From contig OZ243938.1 in the NCBI GenBank assembly GCA_965214095.1, positions 384,001 to 448,000 on the forward strand: DNA of 64,000 nucleotides. The letters run 5' to 3'. A model generated the notes under the pieces. The model saw nothing but the letters and a program-made list of their open reading frames with translations. It was not told the DNA's origin and did not search any database. Position 1 is the stretch's first letter; each line of letters opens with the position of its first letter. Positions 30,697 to 40,039 of this stretch are shown in pieces. Made by a program: the position numbers and the translations under genes. The stretch is from Candidatus Poribacteria bacterium (GTDB lineage: Bacteria > Poribacteria > WGA-4E > WGA-3G).

Positions 30697-30725
30697 ATTT
30701 TAACGATGTTCGTCTTTTTTGTCAA
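30697..30725 (-). promoter_or_regulatory. sigma70-type promoter firing into the IS605-type element and DUF1080 gene
   Basis: Minus strand TTGACA-17 nt-TAAAAT. Confidence 0.65.
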
Positions 30726-30773
30726 CTGTAAAGGAATACAAACATAAAACATACGTCTTGCATTATATTAAAC

Positions 30774-32414
30774 TCAGACTTGTTGAGATACTTTCTCAGC
30801 CAATCGTATAAGTGCGGGTGACATGTCAGTTTTTTCTAGTTCTGCCTCAATCAAGACAAAATGTTTCGTATCGGCAAGAGCAGATTTCATGGCAGTGTCA
30901 AATTCACCTTCTGTCCGAACAGCAAACGCGCGTCCTGATCCTAACAGTTCTGGAAAATTAGTGTAACGCCAATTTACTATATCATTAAAAGGTCCTTCAC
31001 CGAGAGGACGGATGGTTCCGTATCCATAGTTGTTGAGAACAAGGACGATGGGGTTCAGACCGTAGCGAATGGCCGTAGATAGTTCAGTACCTGTCATTTG
31101 GAAAGCACCATCACCGACAATAACAAGTGGCCTGGAATCAGGATTGCTGAGTTGTGCTCCAACAGCAGCAGGAATTGCAAATCCCATTGAGGTATAGTAT
31201 GCCTGAGAGATAAAGTCGGTGTGTTCTGGCAGACGTAAATCCGATGCACCCCAAAGGCAGTCACCAACATCGGGGATTACTGTCAAGTCATCACACAGAA
31301 ATTGATTGAGATGTTGGAATAGACGTTTAACAGTTAATGCTTGCTCGGGTTCCATAACAAACGGTTCTGCTACTTCCAAGACCCATTCCAAATTTGCTTC
31401 GGGGTGTTTCTTAAGTTGAGGAGAACACAAACCATCCATAAAATCGGCTAACGTAACATCTTCATACGTAGAGTAACAGACGGTTATTTTATCAGATGAA
31501 GCATAGACACTACGACTGCGCGCGAGGTTTGCAGTGTAAATTCCAAGGTTGACATCGGTCATAAATGCACCGAGAATTATCAGACAATCAGAGGTTTCAA
31601 CAAGGGTTGTGATCTCCGTTCTACCCATTGCACCGCCATAAATACCCAAATAGAGCGGATGTGCCTCTGGCATCACCGATTTTCCCAACAACGTTGTTAC
31701 AACTGGAATCTGTTTTTCTTCGGCAAGACGAAGTAATTTATCCTGAAATCTGTATCTATGCAGCTCAGCACCAGCTAAAATGACCGGATTGTTGGATTGA
31801 TTGATAAAGTCAATCGCATTAGATAGGGCAGCATCCAACGTTTCAGCGTCACTCTGGTGTCTACCCGTTGAAGGACGTTGGTGAACTGCTCCTTGAGCCG
31901 CTACCATATCGCGTGGTAATTCAATATATCCGGGTCGTTTGTGCCAATAAACTTCGTCCAACACTCTGTCAATTTCGTTGAAGGCGGTGAAAGGATCATC
32001 AAGTAGTGTTGATGCGACAGTGATCTCTTCATAGATACGTTGCTGCGTGAAAAAATCTTTCCCTTTATGGTGTAATAAAGCTCCCTCGGTACGTTCTTTG
32101 ATACCTGGACTTCCGCTAATCACAACAAGCGGAGATTTCTCAGCGTATGCAGCGGTTACGGCGTTTATCATAGATAAACCACCGACACCATACGTAACAC
32201 ACGCAGCACCCATGCCATTTGTTCTTGCATAAGCATCTGCTGCGAACCCAGCAGTTTCTTCTCGCGTTGTGCCAATCTGTTGAATAGGACTCTGCTCAAT
32301 CAAATCAAAGAACTGCACTACATAATCGCCTGGTAAACCGAAAATGTGATTGATTTCGTAACTCTTCAGTTTTTTCAGAAGGTACTGACCAATTGTTAAC
32401 TGTTCATTTAACAT
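30774..32414 (-). CDS. TPP-dependent alpha-keto acid (pyruvate/indolepyruvate) decarboxylase family
   Basis: IFGLPGDY, AADAYAR, GDGAFQMT...NN; start re-assigned to MLNEQLTIG. Confidence 0.9.
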   Translation of the reverse strand: MLNEQLTIGQYLLKKLKSYEINHIFGLPGDYVVQFFDLIEQSPIQQIGTTREETAGFAADAYARTNGMGAACVTYGVGGLSMINAVTAAYAEKSPLVVISGSPGIKERTEGALLHHKGKDFFTQQRIYEEITVASTLLDDPFTAFNEIDRVLDEVYWHKRPGYIELPRDMVAAQGAVHQRPSTGRHQSDAETLDAALSNAIDFINQSNNPVILAGAELHRYRFQDKLLRLAEEKQIPVVTTLLGKSVMPEAHPLYLGIYGGAMGRTEITTLVETSDCLIILGAFMTDVNLGIYTANLARSRSVYASSDKITVCYSTYEDVTLADFMDGLCSPQLKKHPEANLEWVLEVAEPFVMEPEQALTVKRLFQHLNQFLCDDLTVIPDVGDCLWGASDLRLPEHTDFISQAYYTSMGFAIPAAVGAQLSNPDSRPLVIVGDGAFQMTGTELSTAIRYGLNPIVLVLNNYGYGTIRPLGEGPFNDIVNWRYTNFPELLGSGRAFAVRTEGEFDTAMKSALADTKHFVLIEAELEKTDMSPALIRLAEKVSQQV

Positions 32415-32522
32415 AATATTTCCTGTAACAACGCGTGGCAGCAGATCTTCAAAGAATGGTATTGCTCTACTAAACAATATCGTGAGCTCAAATGAATGAG
32501 TATACGGTAGAACTTTATGAGT

Positions 32523-32688
32523 TATAGTGAAATGTAAGAATACGTGCACACTCTTCGGTAGATGCGGTTTCCTAACCAAGGCAGAATGCCATAAGCGCAT
32601 TCTGCCTGACTATGAAACTGAACAAACACCGGTTCGGTTAGGAAACCGAACCTACCGTAGTCCGTAAATAATTATGAATTCTACTATA
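32523..32688. mobile_element. TATAGT-shell MITE with REP doublet (inverted relative of 24086-24291)
   Basis: TATAGTGAAAT...ATTCTACTATA; CGGTAGATGCGGTTTCCTAACC and GGTTCGGTTAGGAAACCGAACCTACCG; extra AGGCAGAATGC..GCATTCTGCCT hairpin. Confidence 0.8.
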
Positions 32689-32714
32689 AACCATATTTTC
32701 CATTAATTGCTCTG

Positions 32715-33467
32715 CTATTGTTTGGTATAATCTGAACGTAACACAAATGTATGCTGTGTCCAGCTGCCTGTGCGCACATCAAGCTCAGTTTCAATTGCCA
32801 TAATATCTTCTAATTCCCCGTAAGTAGTGGAATCTTCGGAATTAGCAAACTCAAACTCAACCAACCGGTGTGGGGATTCACCATAGTAATTGTCATAAGA
32901 TGCTATTGATTTCAACTGATCCGGTCCGACTGTTATAGAAGAAACGGAATCAACCCAATCCAGATATGCTTGTTTTCCACCAAGTGGATAATCAATTAAC
33001 AAAACACCTCTAACAGGCCAGTTGCCTTCCTCTTCTTTCGCGTAATCGGAACGTTGAATAAATGTGTTCACTGTGACTTTGCTTGTATGGTTCGGTAGGT
33101 CACCCATAATTTTCGCTATTTCTGGACGATTCAGGTAAGTTGCTGCATCAAGAAAACTATCAAATTCATACTCAATGAGTCGATTTGGACTCATTGTTTC
33201 GTCTTGATTATCATAAGACCTTATCCGATTAACCTCTTCGGGAGCCTGAAGAATATCCACAACAGATAAAACCCATGCAATATAAGCATCTTTCCCGCCT
33301 TCTGGGTAATCAATTAACAAAACCAACTTGACTGGAATCTCTTCTCCCATATTATCTTCGGTCTGAACAGAATCCATTACGTCTCTAACTGTCGTACATC
33401 CTGCAATAGCCACAAATACTATGAAAAGTGTGAAAAATGAAATTAGTCTAAAGGTCTGAGTCATCAT
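32715..33467 (-). CDS. Lipoprotein with two homologous domains
   Basis: Lipobox IAGC; repeated LLIDYPxGGKxAYxxWV...SYDN...SPxRLxExEF. Confidence 0.75.
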   Translation of the reverse strand: MMTQTFRLISFFTLFIVFVAIAGCTTVRDVMDSVQTEDNMGEEIPVKLVLLIDYPEGGKDAYIAWVLSVVDILQAPEEVNRIRSYDNQDETMSPNRLIEYEFDSFLDAATYLNRPEIAKIMGDLPNHTSKVTVNTFIQRSDYAKEEEGNWPVRGVLLIDYPLGGKQAYLDWVDSVSSITVGPDQLKSIASYDNYYGESPHRLVEFEFANSEDSTTYGELEDIMAIETELDVRTGSWTQHTFVLRSDYTKQ

Positions 33468-33831
33468 TGTCCCTCCTATGATAACAATTATTTTTTGGTA
33501 AATCTACAGTTTGATTATATAGGGCATTTATTTTGAGTTAACATTTGTAAGAAAATCCGAAATCTAAACAACCCTATTCAACAATATTAAAAGAAACTTA
33601 TAACTATTCTATACAATATGTGTAAAAATTCAAGTTTTAAATTCGGAACGATGAGAATATAGTGTTGATCTATCATTGATCTGTGATAATGTCCGATAGC
33701 ATGAATAAAAATACCTTCAGGTTTTTGTTGAAATGTTTTTAATTATCATAGATCCTAATTTGACAATAGAAATGGCTGGACAGCAATCTGACTGAACGGA
33801 ATTTGGCAACAGCCCCTTAAACGAACACTAT

Positions 33832-34010
33832 TTATACAATTGATTCATCATGAAAACCGTGTTGCGCAAGTTCTGTAGATGCGTCTGTCCAAACAACTCG
33901 CGCGTGTTTAACAGCCGTAATTGCCTCTGCTTTCGTAGGTTCTGGTACCTTCCCCGGGTAACGAGCATCAGCCAACAAACCGTTTCTGCAAAGACCTCAG
34001 TCGTTTGCAT
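33832..34010 (-). pseudogene. HEPN domain gene with large internal deletion
   Basis: MQTTEVFAETVCWL joined out of frame to ADARYPGKVPEPTKAEAITAVKHARVV; overlaps the MNT stop. Confidence 0.7.
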
Positions 34011-34317
34011 AGAGTATTTTTCCTTCTTGTTGGGCATAGCGCAGCACCGATCCGATCCGCGTACGGTTACGTTCCAGTTCTTCTGGTGTTGTGACAACGA
34101 TGTCCTTCGCTACGGGTAAGTCAGCCAAGGCGACGCGGATGTCAACAGCCGTTTTCCGCTTATCCTTATCTGCAAGTTTCTCAAAAACTATAAGCAAATC
34201 TATGTCACTATGCCGATCAGCATCCCCTCGTGCTTGTGAACCGAAGAGGATAATCTGCAACGGATCAAAGTCACGGATAATGCGATCTGTCATGATTGAG
34301 ATGAATTCGTTATTCAT
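33997..34317 (-). CDS. Minimal nucleotidyltransferase (MNT antitoxin)
   Basis: ILFGSQARG...SDIDLL. Confidence 0.9.
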   Translation of the reverse strand: MNNEFISIMTDRIIRDFDPLQIILFGSQARGDADRHSDIDLLIVFEKLADKDKRKTAVDIRVALADLPVAKDIVVTTPEELERNRTRIGSVLRYAQQEGKILYAND

Positions 34318-34448
34318 TTTTCTTTTTCCTTAGAGCATTTTTTGGAAAGTCCAGAAATGTGGATACTTGCTATTATAACATAATTCAAGGGAGAATTGAA
34401 AACCTGTTAGGGTGTGTAAAGTTCTTGCACAAATCCCTCATAAGTCCT

Positions 34449-34565
34449 TATAGTGCGTGGTCTCCGCGCCCCGCCATCTTTCAATAATGCTTGTAGGGTG
34501 AGTCTCTGTGCCCGCTATCTTTCAATCTATCAACAACTGCAGGAAACAGAAAACCGCCCCTACAA
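34449..34565. repeat. Degenerate GTAGGG-family REP cluster
   Basis: TTGTAGGG...CCCCTACAA inverted ends; two related GTCTC.G.GCCC...ATCTTTCAAT units. Confidence 0.5.
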
Positions 34566-34653
34566 TGTGTAGAGAGACGTTACCTGATATGAAAACTTGA
34601 ATTGGTACAAAAACTCTGCCGATTCTGAAAATATACGCGATAAGTTTCAACTA

Positions 34654-34768
34654 ATACCATTTCTAATAGAGAACGCCGCATTTTTGTAGCACAAACTGCC
34701 AGTTTGTGCCATCCTACAAGACATTCTTAACAAATTGTTAATGGGATAAACATTTATAGAAATGGTAT
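34654..34768. mobile_element. MITE with ATACCATTTCTA TIR (copy 2)
   Basis: Near-identical to 25069-25182; perfect core stem GCACAAACTG-c-CAGTTTGTGC. Confidence 0.85.
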
Positions 34769-34795
34769 AACTTTATATTATTCTGTAAATTCTGA

Positions 34796-35110
34796 CTATT
34801 CCAAATCGGTTTGAACTTTTATCTCCTCATCTTCTACAACAACTGGGTAAGTCCTAATCCGAAGACGTGGATCTGTCAAACACTCGCCAGTCTCTGTATT
34901 GTAGGTATATCCATGAACCGGACAAACAACCGTCCCGTTCCGTATCCGTCCACGTCCCAGTGAACCCATTGCATGTGGACACGTGTTATCCACAGCACAG
35001 AACTTACCATTTTCATTGAGAATTGCAATACGTCTTCCGTTAACTGTAAAGGACTTTCCCCGTCCTTCCTTAATCTTTGAAGTTTTTGTAACCGTTGTCC
35101 ATTCAGACAT
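34796..35110 (-). CDS. Rieske 2Fe-2S ferredoxin
   Basis: CPH...CPVHG. Confidence 0.9.
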   Translation of the reverse strand: MSEWTTVTKTSKIKEGRGKSFTVNGRRIAILNENGKFCAVDNTCPHAMGSLGRGRIRNGTVVCPVHGYTYNTETGECLTDPRLRIRTYPVVVEDEEIKVQTDLE

Positions 35111-35114
35111 TTGT

Positions 35115-36818
35115 CTACTCCTTTACACTTCCAAGTGTCATACCTTGAACAAATTCACGTTGCATTGCTAAAAATAGAATTACGATTGGTAGGAGTGATA
35201 ACAGTGTTCCTGCCATTAACATCCCGTAATCCTGCCGATAGATACCGATAAGATTTGCTAAACCAATAGGTAGTGTGTATTTTGCTTCATCGCGTAAAAC
35301 TATAAGTGGCCACAGATAACCGTTCCAAGAACTCAAGAAGGTATAGATAGTCAATGCACCGAGTGCGGGTTTGATAATCGGTAATACAATGCGATAGTAG
35401 ATGCCAAATTCAGAACATCCGTCCATTCTTGCTGCGTCAAGAAGTTCCGATGGAATTGTAACAATAAACTGTCGCATCAGAAACACGCCAAATGCACCGA
35501 CAGAAAATGGGAAAATAATCGCATTGTAACTATTAAGCCAACCGATATCATACATCAAACCAAATAGTGGAACAAGCAATACCTGAAACGGAACCATCAT
35601 TGAGGCAAGCATGATACCGAATAATATCGTCTTGCCACGGAATTGGTATTTTGCAAATGCGAATCCACCAAGTGAACAGAAGAATAGAGCCAGCAATGTT
35701 GAGGCAGTCGCTATAAAAACACTATTGATAAAATAACGATTGAAGGGAACTGCTTTCCATAGTTTACGATAGTTTGTGGTGAGTTTATTCCACACAATTG
35801 ATAGGTATGATGGACGGTGAATGCTTACTGTTAGCCTCAACCTATTTTCTCGGTCAGGTGTTGGAGCTACACTCTTTGTCAACTCCTGCTTTGAAACATA
35901 CTGCTGCATTGTAATTTGTGATGATTCTAATTCTCCTGGAATACCGTGGAGTCGCCATACAGAATCTTTTCGTAACGCACTATCTAAGACAAAAGGACGT
36001 GTAGGCCGATAAATAGTGGCATTTGATGATATTGATAAGGAAAGATGGTGATAGGATGCATTTCCACGAACAGGCAGTATTATACGACGAATGCGGTCTA
36101 TTGGAATAGGAGATTCAAATGGAGTGGTATAAAAGAAATTGTATCCATCTTGAAAATCATTTCTTAGATAGGCCATGGGTGTGGCTCCAGTAGATTCTTG
36201 AACTTGTTGAATAGTAAGTGTTGGAGAAACCCAGTTGATGTTGTCCATCTTATACCGATTAAACTCGTTATCCTCAATTTCAACTGTTTCTATTGCTATC
36301 TGTCGATATACATTATTCCAGATTGTATCAAGAGTTTCAGGAATGATCATTTTTTCCACTTGTGAAACAATTGACTCAGATGATTCAGTCCACACTTCAA
36401 ACGGTAATGTTGTGACGGTTTGTTTCCAAATACCTTTTGTCATTTCATTTTGTAAGTCCTGTATAATATTTGAATCTATGAACAATGGTTTAGTTTCAAT
36501 GTGTTGCTGCACTTTTTCACGTATAACATTTTCTAACTCAGGTTGAAGTGTTTTCCATATATCTTTGTCAACAGGCTTAGGTTTTCTAATCTTAGGATAA
36601 GCATTGGATACGATATAAGGTGAAGAAGTAATTCGTGGAGGTAATTTGGGTAACCACCGAATTGGAACAGCAAAGATCTCATCTGCATTCTTGAATGATG
36701 AACTGACTAACCAGAGGAGAGGAATCATAGTACATAACGCTGCAACAACGAGTAAAGGATACACTATTCCAATTAACAGTTTCTTCTGAATTGGTCGGTG
36801 TTTAGTTTTTAGTTTCAT
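35115..36818 (-). CDS. Carbohydrate ABC transporter permease with large inserted soluble domain
   Basis: SSFK after TM1; EAA loop ELLDAARMDGCS; WNGYLWPL. Confidence 0.85.
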   Translation of the reverse strand: MKLKTKHRPIQKKLLIGIVYPLLVVAALCTMIPLLWLVSSSFKNADEIFAVPIRWLPKLPPRITSSPYIVSNAYPKIRKPKPVDKDIWKTLQPELENVIREKVQQHIETKPLFIDSNIIQDLQNEMTKGIWKQTVTTLPFEVWTESSESIVSQVEKMIIPETLDTIWNNVYRQIAIETVEIEDNEFNRYKMDNINWVSPTLTIQQVQESTGATPMAYLRNDFQDGYNFFYTTPFESPIPIDRIRRIILPVRGNASYHHLSLSISSNATIYRPTRPFVLDSALRKDSVWRLHGIPGELESSQITMQQYVSKQELTKSVAPTPDRENRLRLTVSIHRPSYLSIVWNKLTTNYRKLWKAVPFNRYFINSVFIATASTLLALFFCSLGGFAFAKYQFRGKTILFGIMLASMMVPFQVLLVPLFGLMYDIGWLNSYNAIIFPFSVGAFGVFLMRQFIVTIPSELLDAARMDGCSEFGIYYRIVLPIIKPALGALTIYTFLSSWNGYLWPLIVLRDEAKYTLPIGLANLIGIYRQDYGMLMAGTLLSLLPIVILFLAMQREFVQGMTLGSVKE

Positions 36819-37695
36819 TTGAATGTATAGCTAACTCATCCATATCAACTACTCGTGCACGTTGAATATCGTCTTGGTACTTGAAGACACACCCCAATGT
36901 TTCAGCAATTACCTCTTCATCCAATTGCGTTTTTCCGAGTGCCATGATTGCCAATCCCCAATCTAATGTTTCAGCGATGCCAGGTTTTTTGTAGAAATCA
37001 CCTTGCCGCCAATGTTGCATCATTTCACATAATTGGTTTGCAAGATTTTCATTTATCTGTGGTAACTTCGTTTGAAGAATAGCCAATTCCTTTTCAGCTG
37101 TAGGATAATCTATCCATTGATATAGACAACGACGTTTGAGTGCTTCGTGCACTTCTCGCGTGCGATTAGAAGTCAATACGACATAAGGAATCTGCTTTGC
37201 ATGTATTGTTCCAATTTCGGGGATTGTAATCTGAAAATCCGACAGAATTTCAAGCAAAAATGCTTCAAATTCACTATCACTCCGATCAACTTCATCAATG
37301 AGTAAAACGGGAGGGACATTACCATTTCCTTGAATCGCTTCAAGGAGCGGTCGTTTCAGAAGAAATTTCTCACTGAATAGATCGCTTCCGATTTCATTCT
37401 TATCGCGTCCTTGTGCTTCATCAATTCTCAGTTGTAGAATCTGTCGCGTGTAATTCCATTCATATAATGCACTGTTGACATCCAAACCTTCATAACACTG
37501 TAATCGGATTAACTTCCCACCCGTGGCATCAGCAAGTACTTTTGCTACCTCTGTTTTCCCAACCCCCGGTTCTCCTTCTAAAAAGATCGGTTTCTTGAGA
37601 TGATGTGATAGATAGATCGTTGTTGCTAATCCCTTATCTGCGATGTATGACTGCTTTTCACAGGAGGATTGGACGTTCTCTATTGATTCAAACAT
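36802..37695 (-). CDS. MoxR family AAA+ ATPase (CoxD-like)
   Basis: GEPGVGKT, RLQCYEG, LLIDEVD, TSNRTRE. Confidence 0.9.
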   Translation of the reverse strand: MFESIENVQSSCEKQSYIADKGLATTIYLSHHLKKPIFLEGEPGVGKTEVAKVLADATGGKLIRLQCYEGLDVNSALYEWNYTRQILQLRIDEAQGRDKNEIGSDLFSEKFLLKRPLLEAIQGNGNVPPVLLIDEVDRSDSEFEAFLLEILSDFQITIPEIGTIHAKQIPYVVLTSNRTREVHEALKRRCLYQWIDYPTAEKELAILQTKLPQINENLANQLCEMMQHWRQGDFYKKPGIAETLDWGLAIMALGKTQLDEEVIAETLGCVFKYQDDIQRARVVDMDELAIHSNETKN

Positions 37696-37730
37696 AGCGA
37701 TTGTGTTAAATGAACAAATATCCTTTGATT

Positions 37731-38381
37731 TTATTGATAATCATTAAGTGCGTTTTCATAATCTTCTTTATAATCTATATCGCGTAAGACAGCATCTGTA
37801 TCCACATTGATGTAATGCATATCTTCACTGTGCAATTTATATAATGTTCGTACTCCATCACTATCTGCATCTAATGCTAAAATGTCGTCTGCATATTTCT
37901 GATGAAAGATTACAGGATGTCCGCGTTTATATTGATAGCTCGGAAGAACAATTCCTTTGTCTGTTTGTACATAAGCATCAATCACAGTATCAATTAGAGT
38001 AGATGTAATGAAGGGTTGATCAACTAACATGATAGAGAATGCAAGACTATCGGCATATTTTGCTTCTTTAAGATACTTATCATCCTTTGTAAGATTGAGC
38101 GATTTAATACCTACTTGTGCAGAAGTTAACATACCTTCACGGTAATCGGGATTAATTACTGTTGTCACAGGATATTCATCTATTAACTCTTGAATCTTAT
38201 CCGCGTAATGACCAAGCACGACAACAACCTTACTAAACTTAGAATTCAGCATATTGTCAACTACAGTTTCAACAATGGTCTTCTCACCAAATGGGAGCAA
38301 TTGTTTGGGTTGTCCCATTCTTGAAGAAAGTCCGGCTGCAAGCAGAATACCTGTAATAGCTGGTTGCTGCGTGTCGTTCAT
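37731..38381 (-). CDS. MocA-like molybdenum cofactor cytidylyltransferase family
   Basis: LAAGLSSRMGQPKQLL, DQP, GHPV, DID. Confidence 0.85.
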   Translation of the reverse strand: MNDTQQPAITGILLAAGLSSRMGQPKQLLPFGEKTIVETVVDNMLNSKFSKVVVVLGHYADKIQELIDEYPVTTVINPDYREGMLTSAQVGIKSLNLTKDDKYLKEAKYADSLAFSIMLVDQPFITSTLIDTVIDAYVQTDKGIVLPSYQYKRGHPVIFHQKYADDILALDADSDGVRTLYKLHSEDMHYINVDTDAVLRDIDYKEDYENALNDYQ

Positions 38382-38384
38382 ATC

Positions 38385-39344
38385 CTAATATCGGACTCCG
38401 AATGTTTCATATTCACCCGTGAATTTCCGTTCCTTGATTTCAATGGCATCAACCCTGGATGCACGAGGTCCTTGCCGCAGTTTTTCAATCAATGCATTCA
38501 ATTTCAACTTTTCACTTTCAGCTACTACCTCCACTTTACCATTTGCTAAATTCTTCGCATAACCGTTTACACCGATCTGTTTAGCATTGGTTCGCGTAAA
38601 ATTCCGAAAGCCAACACCTTGAACCTTACCACTGATTAACACATATAACTGCATTTTGCGGTTAACCTCAATGACAAGTCTAATTGGTGTGCCAAGTTCG
38701 GGCATAATGTCATCATTCTTTTTATACAGATTCTCTTCAACAGATTCTGGCAACGGGTTCTGAAAAAGTGCGGAACCATCCGTTTGTTTCAATGCAACAA
38801 TGTGGTTTGACATAAAAGCGTGTGGTATCATTGCATCTTCATCATCACTATCTAAATCTGGTATAACTCGCGAACCTGAATAAATCCAGGCTACTGGTGG
38901 TAACGGTTTGTCAGCCTTGAAATTGTAGATCAATTCTTCAGCACGTACACTTACTGTTTTGCCATCTTTTTCCCATTCCACAGAAAGAAGAAACTTAGTT
39001 CCTGTTGGTGGCACATGTCCCCCTTTTTCATCATCATAGTCGGGAGGTGTACCGGGCTCTATACCGAGTTTTTCTATTGCTTCATAGACATCTTTCGCTG
39101 ATGCTTCTGTTGTAATTATACTTTCATATACCTTCCCAGTTGGTCCACAAGCGATATATTCTACTGCACCTTTTAAGGTGTCATCATATTGACCCAGTGC
39201 CTTGGATATTTCACCTTTTAATATTATTTTTTGTTCTTTTTCTACAATTTGAATATGACCGTCAGTCCACGCAAAGTTTGATAAAAACATAATACCTATA
39301 CATAAAATAAGAATTAACGAACATAAGTAAAATAGATATTTCAT
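38385..39344 (-). CDS. YdjY-like domain fused to acylphosphatase
   Basis: Signal peptide; VEYIAC..GKVYES; C-terminal GKVQGVGFR...GYAKN..NGKVE. Confidence 0.75.
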   Translation of the reverse strand: MKYLFYLCSLILILCIGIMFLSNFAWTDGHIQIVEKEQKIILKGEISKALGQYDDTLKGAVEYIACGPTGKVYESIITTEASAKDVYEAIEKLGIEPGTPPDYDDEKGGHVPPTGTKFLLSVEWEKDGKTVSVRAEELIYNFKADKPLPPVAWIYSGSRVIPDLDSDDEDAMIPHAFMSNHIVALKQTDGSALFQNPLPESVEENLYKKNDDIMPELGTPIRLVIEVNRKMQLYVLISGKVQGVGFRNFTRTNAKQIGVNGYAKNLANGKVEVVAESEKLKLNALIEKLRQGPRASRVDAIEIKERKFTGEYETFGVRY

Positions 39345-39491
39345 AAAAAATCTCCTTCAATGTTGTAATACAAAGATTTTAGAAAGTATAACTTAAACCG
39401 TTAAAAATTTCCAGATCATGTTTCCGAATACCAGGTTTATTTTCACCACTACTTGACATCAAACCGATTCTTATGATAAACTGTTGACATC

Positions 39492-40019
39492 ATGAAAATC
39501 CAATTGTCTTTATTCATTTTCCTTCTATTAGCAAACATCGCAATCCATGCGAAAGAAGAACCACCGAAAGTTGGAGAACTTGCACCCGAATTTGCCCTTC
39601 AAGATTTTGAAGAGAAAACACATTCCTTAAAGAAGTTGCGCGGAAAAATCGTATTCTTGATTTTGGGAAACAGGAAAATTCGGAAGGAAGATGATAAATG
39701 GGCAGAAGCATTCAAAAAGGACTTTAAAGAAAACGAGAAAGTTACCGCATTCATTATTGCAGATATGCGAAGTGTTCCAGGTTTCATTCCAAAACGGTTC
39801 ATCCGATCACAAATAAAGAAAAAACCGCCACCTGTAAAATTTTTATTCGATTGGAAAGGTGAGATACACAAAAAATACCATACTGAGAAAAAGAAACCTA
39901 ACCTATATCTGATTTCTCCGCAAGGAAAAATTGTATTTCATAAGAAAGCGGATTTCAAACCAGAATTATACACCGAACTGAAAAAACAAATTCAAACTCA
40001 ATTGAAGTCAACGCGCTAA
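39492..40019 (+). CDS. Secreted redoxin-fold protein lacking CxxC
   Basis: VGELAPEFALQD...LRGK; PNLYLISPQGKI. Confidence 0.7.
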   Translation: MKIQLSLFIFLLLANIAIHAKEEPPKVGELAPEFALQDFEEKTHSLKKLRGKIVFLILGNRKIRKEDDKWAEAFKKDFKENEKVTAFIIADMRSVPGFIPKRFIRSQIKKKPPPVKFLFDWKGEIHKKYHTEKKKPNLYLISPQGKIVFHKKADFKPELYTELKKQIQTQLKSTR

Positions 40020-40039
40020 ATCACTTTTGAAAAGAATAA

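Noticed and set aside
32415-32600. N-terminal extension of the decarboxylase ORF
   Set aside because: Starts inside a MITE; family similarity begins at 32414
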